Part shown: piece after piece, positions 9,166 to 19,597 of the stretch | How positions within the stretch are numbered: the stretch's first letter is position 1 | Layout of the letters: the number at the start of each line of letters is the position of its first letter | NCBI GenBank assembly: GCA_963708295.1 | Contig: CAVPSJ010000004.1 | Coordinates: 512,001-576,000 of the forward strand | Direction of reading: 5' to 3' | DNA: 64,000 nt | From: an uncultured delta proteobacterium | GTDB lineage: Bacteria; Desulfobacterota; BSN033; UBA1163 | The notes under the pieces: model-generated | Told to the model about the DNA's origin: nothing | Databases searched by the model: none | The model's input: the letters and a program-made list of their open reading frames with translations, nothing else | Translations under genes and position numbers: made by a program

Positions 9166-10368
9166 ATGAAGAGTTACACGAAAGCGTATATACCTTACGG
9201 GGGTTACTATTCAACCCCGTTCTGCCGTTGGCAGGGGAGTATGCAGTACGACAACGCAATCACGTTGGGAGCCGAAACCGCGAGAAGATGGTTTCTGGAG
9301 AAAAAAATCGATCCCACGATTGTCGACTATCTTTATTTTGGCACCACCGTGGCTCAGCACCACTGGTTTTACGCTCACCAGTGGTCTGGTTCCATTCTGA
9401 CGGACGACAAGAAATATGTTCCAGGCCTCTTTATTCATCAGGCCTGCTCAACTTCTACAACGATTCTCAACCTCTGCGCGTTGAATTTGGAGGTAGGGGC
9501 TTATGAGGTGGGTTTTGGCCTGATGAGCGACCGGTGTTCCAACGGGCCCCACACCACATGGGCGAATCCCTTGGGTCCTGGAGGCCAGCCGGACAAGGAA
9601 GACTGGAATATGGACAACTTCGCTGGAAACCCCCGCGTGCCCGTCGCCATGATGGAGACCGCCGAGAACGTAGCCAAGGAGGTCGGCATCACCAAGGAGG
9701 AGTGCGACGCCTTGGTCCTGAGGCGCTATGAGCAATATCAGTCGGCGCTCGCAAACAATAGGGCATTCCAGAAGCGCTACATGTTCCCCGCACAGGTCAC
9801 AGTTAATAAGAAACAGACTAAATTGGTCGAACAGGACGAGGGTTGGACCCCTACCACGGCCGAAGGTCTGGCCAAGCTGAAACCGGTGAGGCCCGGGGGC
9901 GTCCACAGCTTTGGCGCCCAAACTTTCCCCGCGGACGGCAATTGCGGCGTCATCGTGACTACGAGGGACAAGGCTAAAGCACTGAGCGTAGATCCCAAGA
10001 TAGAAGTACAGATCATCTCCTATGGCTTTGCACGAGTAAAACCGGCCTACATGCCGGCAGCGCCTGTCCCGGCCGCTGAGATGGCCCTTGCCGTCGCAGG
10101 CCTGAAGATCACCGACATGAAGGCCATCAAGACCCATAACCCCTTTGCCACAAATGACCTCAACTTAGCCAAGAAAATGGGCGTGGATGTCATGAAGTTT
10201 AACAACTATGGATCGTCGCTAATCTACGGCCACCCTCAGGGACCCACTGCAGGCAGGGGGATCATCGAGATGGTAGAAGAGGTGGTGCTTCTCGGTGGTG
10301 GCTACTGTCTCTTTACAGGGTGTGCAGCAGGAGATACCGCAGCCGCGGTGATTGTTAAGGTCGGATAA
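9166..10368 (+). CDS. Thiolase family protein
   Basis: QACSTS nucleophile Cys, NNYGSSLIYGHPQGPT and GCAAGD motifs. Confidence 0.9.
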   Translation: MKSYTKAYIPYGGYYSTPFCRWQGSMQYDNAITLGAETARRWFLEKKIDPTIVDYLYFGTTVAQHHWFYAHQWSGSILTDDKKYVPGLFIHQACSTSTTILNLCALNLEVGAYEVGFGLMSDRCSNGPHTTWANPLGPGGQPDKEDWNMDNFAGNPRVPVAMMETAENVAKEVGITKEECDALVLRRYEQYQSALANNRAFQKRYMFPAQVTVNKKQTKLVEQDEGWTPTTAEGLAKLKPVRPGGVHSFGAQTFPADGNCGVIVTTRDKAKALSVDPKIEVQIISYGFARVKPAYMPAAPVPAAEMALAVAGLKITDMKAIKTHNPFATNDLNLAKKMGVDVMKFNNYGSSLIYGHPQGPTAGRGIIEMVEEVVLLGGGYCLFTGCAAGDTAAAVIVKVG

Positions 10369-10667
10369 AATCTTTACGTGGAGTCGAGGTACCCCGCTTT
10401 CTTATGGGCCGTAGGGGTCCGATGGGGACAGCGGCCCTTTTCATCTGTGCGCCCGACAAGAAGGCACAGGCAGGCGCTTCTCGATGATCTCAGTATTCCA
10501 TTTCTTTTTTCGGACCAAAGGATAAAGAAACAAGCCGGCTAAAATGCATCCTTGCAAGACCTGATCCCACGGTTTTCTCCCAGAGGACCACCCTTAACAA
10601 TCGCTTGAATCACCCTTGAATCCTGGAAAGTGATAATTATCCTTATAGTAAGAAAGGGGACGCCAAT

Positions 10668-10922
10668 ATGGATAAAATGATTAGCTGCAAAGATTTTGAG
10701 CCCGGTTGCGCTTTTACGGCTTGTGCCCGGACAGAAGCAGAACTCTTTGAAAAAATTCTGGAACACGGCCGGACGGTTCACCGCGCAAAGGATTTCTCCC
10801 CGGACATCTATGGTAAAGTGCGCACCTCCATCAAAGAGGGATATTGCGATCTGGAAGACGAACTGTGCAAGTATGGAGAGTGCTGCTGGGAAGATGAAAG
10901 AGGAGCATTGCCGAGCCTCTAG
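10668..10922 (+). CDS. DUF1059-family small metal-binding protein
   Basis: SCKDF..GCAF.A.A.TEAEL...I.EHG..VH pattern. Confidence 0.75.
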   Translation: MDKMISCKDFEPGCAFTACARTEAELFEKILEHGRTVHRAKDFSPDIYGKVRTSIKEGYCDLEDELCKYGECCWEDERGALPSL

Positions 10923-11093
10923 CATTAAGACAAAAAAAAATCTAACGACGCCCCCTTATTCTCTTTTCGAAATTCCACCTAGCCTTCTGGGGATCAGCCA
11001 AAGACCTGTCCGTTTCTAAAAGCACCTCTCGTTCCGAATGTCATCCGATCCCGTGCAACACGATCAGGAGATCTCAAAAGCCATCCTGCGCTT

Positions 11094-11285
11094 CTATATC
11101 CGGATATTCCTAATGCGCGATTTGACTTTTTCTGGCGGAGTCGCGCATTTGTCATGGGCGCTGCAGGCATGTTTTCGGCACCTTTCCAGTAATATTTCCT
11201 CTGTCTTGGCCCGGATGGTAAAGTCGCAGTCCGACCTGAAATCTTTACAACTTAGTTCCTTATATTCTTCTTGTTTATCAGCCAT
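11094..11285 (-). CDS. DUF1059-family small metal-binding protein
   Basis: SCKDF..DCDF.IRAKTEE.L.....H...AH pattern; RBS GGAGG. Confidence 0.75.
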   Translation of the reverse strand: MADKQEEYKELSCKDFRSDCDFTIRAKTEEILLERCRKHACSAHDKCATPPEKVKSRIRNIRI

Positions 11286-11499
11286 GATTCAACCCTCCTT
11301 CCCTTACTTTGTATAAATCTAATCATTGGAAGGTGGGATCGCAAACGCGATGATGCGTGATGATGCGTATTGCACGCCGCGATCGAACACCCAGAAGCCC
11401 AATCTTTTCGGGAACGCTTTCCCTAGCCTGTATGGCGGCTTGATGTTTCTTTTTTAGCAAGCCCATTTTAACTCCGGGCACTCAACCATCAAGCCACAC

Positions 11500-11799
11500 T
11501 TAGCTCACCAAGTGAAACCGCTGGATATCCGGTTCAGCTGCGACTAGGTTAGGCAATTTGACCAGGGCGTCCTTGAAGTGCTTCGCTCCAAAGTGAGATT
11601 GGAGCGCTGTGCTGCTTTGCCACTCCTCGACCAATGCAAAATCTGTAGGATCTTCGTTGTTCTGTAATAGTGTATAGCTGATACATCCGGGCTCTTTGCG
11701 GGTAGGCTCCACCAGAGAGGTCAAAACGGATAGAAGTTCATTCACCTTGCCAGGACGAGCCTTGACCCTTGCAATCACTCTCAACGTATCTTCTGCCAT
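11500..11799 (-). CDS. ABM-family putative quinol monooxygenase
   Basis: TRKEPGCISY, F.LVEEW.S..AL..H motifs. Confidence 0.85.
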   Translation of the reverse strand: MAEDTLRVIARVKARPGKVNELLSVLTSLVEPTRKEPGCISYTLLQNNEDPTDFALVEEWQSSTALQSHFGAKHFKDALVKLPNLVAAEPDIQRFHLVS

Positions 11800-11863
11800 T
11801 TCCTTCTCCTTTCTTCCCTGCTTTCCAGCCAGTTCATGTTCCGCAAATTATACGCAAGCAAAT

Positions 11864-12463
11864 TCATTTTCTCAACACCACCCAGAGACCGCCTTCAGTG
11901 GTGATTTCACACGTTTCTTCAAGGCCGCTTGCCCGCAATTGATCGCGCACGTTTTCTTCGGTTATTCTGACTCTGCCCATTGCCGCGTTAAGCTTCTCCG
12001 AACGCTTGCCGATCTGGCTGATGACTTCGGGCGGCGTATACTTCCCGAACCCTCCGCCGATGAAGGCGATGCCTTCTCTGCTCAGCGTCCGGTAAATGGC
12101 CCTAAAGTCAACCTGGAAGAGCCTGGGAAAAAACAGGGCGCCCCGGAAGATTGCCAGATCAACGTTGCCCTCATCGATATTGCTTAAGGAGCTATCACTT
12201 TCGATGATCCTGACCCGGTCTTCCAATCCTTGCTTTCGGGCCTCCGACTGATACAGAGGGACCGTCGCTTGTGGGAAGGCAGCAATTGAGAAGCTCCGGC
12301 CAATATTTATTCGCACAAGCTCAAAGACGAGGCCCGAAAAAGGACCCATTTCCAAGATGTGACCGTCTCGGCGCCTGTAGAGTTCCTCGATTTGTCTCGC
12401 GAGGTAGGGCCGGATCGGCTCCCAGAGGAGATTCAGCTCTTCGATAAGATTAGCGGTCTCCAA
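11864..12463 (-). CDS. Class I SAM-dependent methyltransferase-like protein
   Basis: LEMGPFSG (degenerate motif I), DLAIFRGALFF, FIGGGFG. Confidence 0.7.
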   Translation of the reverse strand: METANLIEELNLLWEPIRPYLARQIEELYRRRDGHILEMGPFSGLVFELVRINIGRSFSIAAFPQATVPLYQSEARKQGLEDRVRIIESDSSLSNIDEGNVDLAIFRGALFFPRLFQVDFRAIYRTLSREGIAFIGGGFGKYTPPEVISQIGKRSEKLNAAMGRVRITEENVRDQLRASGLEETCEITTEGGLWVVLRK

Positions 12464-12618
12464 TTCTCACCTCCGATGCTTTTCATGCAGCGACCGAGCC
12501 TCGAGTGGAAACTCTTAGGATCGTGTTAAATGTGATGGAATGGCCTCGGTTAGGAAGACTGTTTATCGGGAGACAATGACCGTGTGGGATCGCCGGAGCT
12601 TTGCGAAAACCCACGGAG

Positions 12619-13860
12619 TCATTCCCACTTATTCAATACCAATCCGGTCAGGAGCTTCGGATAAAAGTAGGTGGACTTCGCCGGCATTCTCACGGAAGAA
12701 AGGGCAGATTTTTCAACATCCTTAGCCTGCGTCGGATTCAGGAAAAAAGCGGCGGCATACTTCCCATCATTCACTTGGTCGAGTGCCCTGGCAACATCCA
12801 TCTCATATCCGATTTCGGCATTCGTCAGGATCTTCTTAAATACCAACTCATCCAGGATGATCACATCGATTTCCCGCAGGTCAGGAGGGACCTCCGAGAG
12901 ATTCTGCCCTCTATGAGTAAGAAGATGCCATACCGTTTCCCGTTTCCTAAAGAAACCGAATACATTTTTTCTTCCTGAGAGTTTTCGACGGATGTCGAAA
13001 TCATCAGCGATCGTTTCACTCTGGAAATGCTCGGAAAGCATTTTATCGATATCCTCGGGAATCTCCTTGATGAGCCGGTGGGTCGGAAGGATGGTGACCC
13101 CCTCGTCCATCATATCGGCGACAAATGCCAGGGTGTAATCATATGATTTCCTGTCCGATGGCGATGTCTTCTTGATCGACATTTCTCTCGCATATTCAAA
13201 CGAAGTCTCGTATCGATGGTGTCCGTCAGCGATAAAGATCGGCTTGTCCGCAAGTTCTCGTCTAACGATTTCTATTTCCTCGGGATCATCGATCTGCCAA
13301 AGGCGGTGAAGATTACCGGAAAGGTCATTCGTCTGGAGATAGGGCCTCGTCTGGGCTATCCCCGAAAGAATATTGGATATTCTGTCTGTGGAGCTCCTGT
13401 AGAGTAAGAAGATGGGACTGGTATTCGCCTCACAAGCTTTCAGGAGATTCAACCTGTCCTGCTTTGGCTTGGAGTGCGTGTATTCATGCGGGTAAATGCT
13501 CCCGTTGCCCAGTTCTTCGAGTTTGAGGAGGCACAGAAATCCGCGGAGCTGTTTTCGCACATCCTCTACTGTATAGATGATCTCATAGGCATAAAAGGAG
13601 GGGCGATCGCTGCGCTTCAATATGCCATCCTTGATCCAAACATCCAGACATTTTTTGGCCCGTGTGTATTTATTCTCGGTTTCGTTATCCCCTGGATATT
13701 CTTTGCCGAAATCGATCCTCACAATGTTATGGGGGCTCTTCGTGTATAATGCTTCCCGTCCCTCCGGTGTAATAATGTCATAAGGAGGGGCGAGGACATC
13801 CTCCATCGAAATCTTGGAAACATCGTACAGGAATCCTCTGAAGGGAATGATCTCCGCCAT
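12619..13860 (-). CDS. DUF1015 family protein
   Basis: PFRG, APPYDII, PHE.T, IADGHHRYET and KSTYFYPK motifs. Confidence 0.9.
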   Translation of the reverse strand: MAEIIPFRGFLYDVSKISMEDVLAPPYDIITPEGREALYTKSPHNIVRIDFGKEYPGDNETENKYTRAKKCLDVWIKDGILKRSDRPSFYAYEIIYTVEDVRKQLRGFLCLLKLEELGNGSIYPHEYTHSKPKQDRLNLLKACEANTSPIFLLYRSSTDRISNILSGIAQTRPYLQTNDLSGNLHRLWQIDDPEEIEIVRRELADKPIFIADGHHRYETSFEYAREMSIKKTSPSDRKSYDYTLAFVADMMDEGVTILPTHRLIKEIPEDIDKMLSEHFQSETIADDFDIRRKLSGRKNVFGFFRKRETVWHLLTHRGQNLSEVPPDLREIDVIILDELVFKKILTNAEIGYEMDVARALDQVNDGKYAAAFFLNPTQAKDVEKSALSSVRMPAKSTYFYPKLLTGLVLNKWE

Positions 13861-14124
13861 AGGTTGGGGCTTTCGTGTACCGCCGAATAGTTGCTTTTCT
13901 CAGGACCCTGTGGGAGTCTCCGAGAAAACTTTTTTTGTATCTTACCATGGGGAAAAAGAGAAAAGCAAATGGACCTTGAGACATTTGCCTCCCTGTCCAT
14001 CACGTTTGCGGTCGTCCGTGATAAAAAAGGTGACTTCGTATCTTTTTTGAGGCAAAATTGAGAGTGTTTGGGTCCTTAAGGTCCCGGACAGATCCGAAGG
14101 CACATCAAGAAGAAGGAGGTTGAG

Positions 14125-14793
14125 ATGGACTTTATCGAAACAGTGGAAAGTCGTATCAGTCGCAGAGGATTCTTGCCAAAAAAGGTTGAAAAGAAGACGT
14201 TGGAAAAGATTCTGAAGGTCATCAATCGCTGCCCATCCTACATGAACACACAGCCTTGGGAGGTATTTGTGGTGACGGGACGGAAGAAGGAAAACCTGGC
14301 GAAGAAACTTTTTGAACAGGTTTCCTCCGGGAAACCCCTGACTCCGGATTTGCCGTTTCCCAAGGCATGGCCGGAGGCTCATGATGAGCGGTCCAAAAGC
14401 CACCGGATGAGGCGTTTCAAAACGCTGGGCATCGATCCGGATAAGGAACAAGATAAGGTAGTCGCTTCTTACCGCAACAATTTTAAGTTCTTCGATGCCC
14501 CCTGCGCCATCTTTATTGCCATGGACAAAACCCTCACTCCTTGGTCCGTTTTCGACTGCGGCGCCTTCGTATACGGATTTCTTCTGGCGGCTCACGCAGA
14601 AGGTTTGGGCGCCTGCCCGCAGGCCATGCCCACAGGCTATCCCGATGCGATCCGTTCTGAATTGGGAATCCCTGACAGCCTGGCGATCATTCTTTGCATT
14701 TCCCTCGGATATCCCGATCTGGAGATACCCCTGAACCAATACCGCTCCTTGCGGCGGGATACCGATGAATACATCCGCTGGCAAGGATTTTGA
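14125..14793 (+). CDS. Nitroreductase family protein
   Basis: RISRRGF, PSYMNTQPW, FFDAP, GLGAC and LGYPD motifs. Confidence 0.9.
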   Translation: MDFIETVESRISRRGFLPKKVEKKTLEKILKVINRCPSYMNTQPWEVFVVTGRKKENLAKKLFEQVSSGKPLTPDLPFPKAWPEAHDERSKSHRMRRFKTLGIDPDKEQDKVVASYRNNFKFFDAPCAIFIAMDKTLTPWSVFDCGAFVYGFLLAAHAEGLGACPQAMPTGYPDAIRSELGIPDSLAIILCISLGYPDLEIPLNQYRSLRRDTDEYIRWQGF

Positions 14794-15263
14794 TCATTTC
14801 ATGAAGGGGTTGCCACCGGGTAAGAATGCGGTTTTTCTTTCGGACCGTGAAAGGCGCGGCCAGAAGGGCTGTGCCGTCAATGGACGAAGAGGGAGGAAGG
14901 ATCAGTGTCTTCCTCCCCAATGACGAGCCTCGTGGTGACCGCCATGGAAATGATGCCCCGCCGCGAAATGATGGTTGCTCGCTGCAACTCAAGCGGATTC
15001 GAACATGTTGAGCCTTGAGACGGGTGGGTAACGCCCTCCGGAGGCTTTTGATGGATTTGAGCGGTGGGAGATTGTACGGCGGCACCAGTGACCGCTGTCT
15101 TCCTTCTCGGCGGTCCTTCGAAACGGGTGGGACGAGGTTAAAGTAGTTAGGGCAATGCGCCGATTAAAGATCGACTGGAATAAAAGCTCGTCTTCGATCC
15201 TGCTTTATGACGATCGCCTGGAACCGATTCTCAACCGCAATACCCGCGGAGAGAACCCTTTTC

Positions 15264-15464
15264 TTAGCTCGTTTTTCTTACGTTGCTGGCTTGGGGACCT
15301 TTGGGGCCGTCGGTGACTTCAAACTCAACCTCATCACCCTCTTTAAGGGATTTGAACCCTTCCCCTTGAATGGCGGAGTGATGGACAAATACATCCTTGC
15401 CACCTTCCACTTCGATAAACCCAAAACCCTTTCTGTCATTGAACCACTTTACTCGTCCTGTCAT
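15264..15464 (-). CDS. cspA: Cold-shock protein
   Basis: GRVKWFN..KGFGFI and [12 protein letters not shown] motifs. Confidence 0.95.
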   Translation of the reverse strand: MTGRVKWFNDRKGFGFIEVEGGKDVFVHHSAIQGEGFKSLKEGDEVEFEVTDGPKGPQASNVRKTS

Positions 15465-15634
15465 TGAAACCTCCGAAATGTCGCGGAATTAAGACTTCCG
15501 CCGGGTAATACTGCCTATTATGTACCATTCCCCGCAAAAAAGCAAAAAATTAGAGCAATCGTCTCTTGCCGCTTCTATCCCTCTGTGAGGGAACAAGAAA
15601 TTCTTCGTATCCGCTGTAAAAAGGGAGACGAGAA

Positions 15635-15859
15635 TCAACGAAAGCCTCCCCCACCCGGGTTGTATCCGCCTTTGGGAACACAAAACGCATCCTGGACAGC
15701 GGCCCTCGCCCGCGTGCGGTCTTTATCTGAAATGTCTTTTAACCCGTGTACGGCCCGAGCGTGATCGATGGCGGTCGCTAATGCTTCCTCCGAGGTTTCC
15801 CCACAGGCCTCAAAATCGCAATCCTGACCAAAATCTCTACATCTCAGAAGTTTCTCCAT
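15635..15859 (-). CDS. DUF1059-family small metal-binding protein
   Basis: RCRDFGQDCDFEACGET.EE......DHARAVH. Confidence 0.75.
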   Translation of the reverse strand: MEKLLRCRDFGQDCDFEACGETSEEALATAIDHARAVHGLKDISDKDRTRARAAVQDAFCVPKGGYNPGGGGFR

Positions 15860-15997
15860 AGCACCCTCCTTCTGCCCGAAACAAGTGACTACTCAGTGCA
15901 ACCTTTGCTTATTCGACTTAAGAATAATCACTCCTCCTCCCGAAGACAAGGTAAAGTAAGGGGCAGGAGGACTTTGTTGAAATTTTCACTTGCTCAT

Positions 15998-16339
15998 TCA
16001 TCTCCATTGCCTGCACTGCGCCATGCTGAGATCATCGGGAAACTTTTCAAAGGAATTTTGTAGGATTTGGATTCGAGCGAGAGAAAGGTTTTCTGTCCCT
16101 TCATGAACCAAGGAGCAGGCAAGCATACAGGACAGGCAACCCTGGCATTTCTTGGTATCGACAAGAAGATATCGTTTGGAGGCTGGAATCGCTGCGATGG
16201 CATCGTCTAACCAGATTAGCCTTGGTATGAAGCCGCCAATCCCTGCTCCGAGGGCCGCCTTGCCAGTGACTTTCAAAAACTTCCTGCGAGAAATGCGGCC
16301 ACCACCGTTCTTTTGCTTCTTTTTTCCTTGATTGCCCAT
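15998..16339 (-). pseudogene. Truncated Tat-exported 4Fe-4S dicluster (DmsB/NrfC-like) subunit
   Basis: SRRKFLK Tat motif and CQGCLSCMLAC, then a stop within the second cluster motif (CRQW*). Confidence 0.7.
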
Positions 16340-16845
16340 GGGTCTGTATCTCCACCCTTTAAACTCTTTTGATCCTGGTGAGAGACTATCAACGGGGCAT
16401 TAGGTTTGTCAACAAAAATGTTAGCGAGTGGCCTCGCTGACGGCAGGGGTTCTGCTGTTGAGATACAGTACGTTGGTAATGACACTTTTATCGTGCTCTC
16501 ATCAGCAGGCGGGATTGTAGCCCAGTAGTAATTATATAACCACAAGGACGAGAGTAAGGGTTCGGCAACGGAGTCAAACCTTTATTCTTGGCAATTCGAG
16601 AAAAGGTGAAAAGGAGTCAGCCCGTTAACAAAAGACACTTGGTTCCTCCATCGCGGGAAAGAACGATCTGTGTCAACCAGACTTGCGACTTCAGTGCGAG
16701 CTAAGCCATTCCTTCTTATCATCTCCAATTGGCAGGGAAATCACCTTCCAAGCAGGGGAGGCGCTTGCCCTCTCCCGGCTTGGAAGGTGCGTGCAGGGGT
16801 GGATTAGGTGGTTGTATAGCAGCGTAACACTCCGTGCAAAGGAGG

Positions 16846-17496
16846 CTAATCATGCTGGTAGAACAAAACTGCAGATGAATGAAGTACCATCTGAGTGGTA
16901 GGCGGCATGTTTCCAAAAGGTGCAACAAAGGACATAACGGAAGGAGCGCCGCCAGTCAGTGTTATCGTTTTACCGTCGGGCGAGATAAATCCCATTCTTA
17001 CCATACCATCAATATGGGAGGTATTGCCAGTGTTCGGGCCGGATTTCCATTCGGTAGCGTAAGTACCCGGGTCCGCCGTGATGGTTATCTTACGATCCTT
17101 TGTCACAGTATAGTGAAATAGGAATGTTACGTTCGCAGACCCTGAGCTGGAAGGGTTAGTGATAGTGGGTGGAGGGGGATTGGGGTTAGGTGTTGTAAAA
17201 GGAAGTGTAGCGAAGTGAGTAAGTGTCTTAAACGATCCCGTGCCGTCACGTTGGAATGTGTAAACTCCCTCAGTACTAAACGTCTGAAAAATATACGCAC
17301 CCGGCGGTCCTTTGGGTCTGAGATTGGGTTCAAAGCCAAGGAATGCGATAAGAGCTGTGCCTCCGCCTGTAAAGTCATATTGGCCCCGTATGCCTTGAGG
17401 GGCAGACGGGCTGGTGGTTGCGCATGCAGCCAACATGAACGGTGCTACGACGGTGATAATCACAATTAAAACCAGATTCCTAATATTTCTATTCAT
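16846..17496 (-). CDS. Hypothetical lipoprotein
   Basis: Signal peptide ending LAAC; RBS GGAGG. Confidence 0.7.
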   Translation of the reverse strand: MNRNIRNLVLIVIITVVAPFMLAACATTSPSAPQGIRGQYDFTGGGTALIAFLGFEPNLRPKGPPGAYIFQTFSTEGVYTFQRDGTGSFKTLTHFATLPFTTPNPNPPPPTITNPSSSGSANVTFLFHYTVTKDRKITITADPGTYATEWKSGPNTGNTSHIDGMVRMGFISPDGKTITLTGGAPSVMSFVAPFGNMPPTTQMVLHSSAVLFYQHD

Positions 17497-17664
17497 AGTT
17501 GACCCTCCTCGTCAGCGATTCTTTAAGATGGCTTCAACATATATTGTTCCGTTTTCTGAACAATAACCCTTCTGCTTCCCAATTCGATTGGCTCATAGAC
17601 ACCACCTCCGTTCAGATTCTAACGATACTCGTTCTTGTGGGAGACCCGAGGGGCAACTTATGCC

Positions 17665-18597
17665 CTACTGCTTATGATTGCCGTAAAACTTCCACTGGTC
17701 GTTTTCTTTAATGATCTGTGTGCCGGACATAGGCACCTTCATTGGTTTAGTATCATCTCGTCCCTTCGAGCAAAAGAATCCATCCAGATACGCTTTATCT
17801 CCCTGAGCTTCAAAAAACGTCACAGTCGCCTCGACTGAAGTAACGCCACGTTGGATAGGAGAGAAACGATCATTTCGAAGCCACTGTTCCAAACTTGCTT
17901 TCGTCATTCCGTTGTGAGAAAATTGATCCGAGTATTTGGTCATGATCCTCTCCACATCGTGGCTCACTATGTCGCTGCAGTGCTTATCAAAAAACTCCCG
18001 AACATCGGAGGGCACTTTGAGTGGCTCTTCTCTACTCGGCTGAAATGTCAAGGAATAGGCGTAGTTTTTCAGGTCCTCCTCTACCTTCCCCTTATCGGAC
18101 GCCACGATGATCGGGATCCATATATCCTCTTTCTTCGTATTAAGCACCAACATATTCACCTTCACCCCGTCATTGCGAACCCATCCCAACTCCGCTTCCT
18201 GCGCTGGAGTGCCATCTTTCAACTGCGAAGGTTTGTCATTTATTATTTTGAAATCTCTCCCAGATTTACTAAAGATAGGTAATAATATCTTGCTCCAATT
18301 GTCTATGGGGAGAGGGCTTGGGAAGACCGAAATCACAAAGTTAGGTATTGGGGGAAAAGTCCTTGAATCGGGAGCCGCGACCCGAATAACCTCTCCTGGT
18401 CTGAAAGGCTGCTTCACCCACTCTTTGGGATAGGAAACGGTGAAGGCCGGCCAGCCGTTCACATAAATGCCAGGAGTCGGTGCAAGGAAGGTCGGCTTCA
18501 CTTGACTCGTAGGATTCTGAGCTTGGGTGAGAGCAGAAAAACTCCCTACTAATGACATAACAGCCATGATCAATAATACGACGATGAGTTTTTTCAT
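17665..18597 (-). CDS. Exported hypothetical protein (PsbP-like domain plus NTF2/SnoaL-like C-terminus, tentative)
   Basis: Signal peptide MKKLIVVLL; FTVSYPKEW; C-terminal DVERIMTKYS..WKFYG. Confidence 0.6.
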   Translation of the reverse strand: MKKLIVVLLIMAVMSLVGSFSALTQAQNPTSQVKPTFLAPTPGIYVNGWPAFTVSYPKEWVKQPFRPGEVIRVAAPDSRTFPPIPNFVISVFPSPLPIDNWSKILLPIFSKSGRDFKIINDKPSQLKDGTPAQEAELGWVRNDGVKVNMLVLNTKKEDIWIPIIVASDKGKVEEDLKNYAYSLTFQPSREEPLKVPSDVREFFDKHCSDIVSHDVERIMTKYSDQFSHNGMTKASLEQWLRNDRFSPIQRGVTSVEATVTFFEAQGDKAYLDGFFCSKGRDDTKPMKVPMSGTQIIKENDQWKFYGNHKQ

Positions 18598-18668
18598 AGG
18601 TCCCCCTTCCATGTGTTTGTTTTCTTGGTTCATGGGTCTGATAAAACTCGCTTTACGGTTGACCTTGT

Positions 18669-19109
18669 CTAAAGCTTTCTTTCTTTTATGGTTTGTAAAT
18701 TTCCGGTTTTTGAAAAGAAGAAATGATGGCGACGGTAGACCAATATTGTCCCAAACGATCCTTCCTCCATTTCGAGAGTTATGGTCTCCTGCGGTTTCCC
18801 AAATACGGAATGAATATGCTCAATAGGCATACCTTCTTGGAACAAAAAGATGCCAATAGCCAACCCCTTGCCGGTTGGGATTTTTTCCAGGATATACCAT
18901 TCTTTCGGAAACAATGTTGATGGGGCTTGTGACCCCGTACTGGCTGGGATGAAGTACGTTGGAGAGGCGTTGTCCAACGGCGGTTCTTCTAACGCTACGT
19001 TAGCCGGAGCTGGCATCATCACCTCTCCTCGCATAGCGTCTTCTGCGTAAATAATTCCAGGAATGCAAAGAACAAACATTATTAAAATCAGTAGGGTTCT
19101 CTTTTTCAT
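18669..19109 (-). CDS. Exported hypothetical protein
   Basis: Signal peptide MKKRTLLIL..IYA; RBS AAGGAGG. Confidence 0.65.
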   Translation of the reverse strand: MKKRTLLILIMFVLCIPGIIYAEDAMRGEVMMPAPANVALEEPPLDNASPTYFIPASTGSQAPSTLFPKEWYILEKIPTGKGLAIGIFLFQEGMPIEHIHSVFGKPQETITLEMEEGSFGTILVYRRHHFFFSKTGNLQTIKERKL

Positions 19110-19507
19110 GATTTGTCCCTCCTTCTTGGTTAGTTCTTACTGGCCTCTCATTTAATGGGGACCCTACCTCAGTTCTTCCAGATGATTGATGGAACCGTAG
19201 GGTATCGAGCCCCACTGCCTAGCCCAAAGAAGACGCCTCCGAAGGAGCAGCAAGAATTCCCCTCGGAGGCATCGTAGGATCGTCTTCTTAAATTTCGACT
19301 TCATATCTCACCTCCGATAAAGGTCTTGACGCTGCATCCATGACAGAAATTAATGTGGTATTTCCATGGGTTAAACACTCTGTCAGTTGGTTTCTTTTGA
19401 GACATCAACTGGCTCTTCAAATGTCTTGACTTTAAGAATTCATTTGTCTATGATGGTTTTTGCGTGCGCCTTTGAATTTGACTACAACTGATAGCATAAG
19501 GCGTCAT

Positions 19508-19531
19508 ATCTGACGGTTCGAACCGTCAGAT
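19508..19531. promoter_or_regulatory. Perfect 24-bp palindrome, candidate operator
   Basis: ATCTGACGGTTCGAACCGTCAGAT in a divergent intergenic region. Confidence 0.5.
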
Positions 19532-19597
19532 TTTTTGAACCTCCTCCGACCCTGATAAAACCTTCTGTCATTTCAATAAGATTCGAGGGGATAAAAA

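Noticed and set aside
11347-11370. Short tandem GATGATGCGT duplication
   Set aside because: Only two copies, with no evident function.
14794-15240. Possible ncRNA or ORF between the nitroreductase and cspA genes
   Set aside because: No family motif or convincing ORF was recognised.
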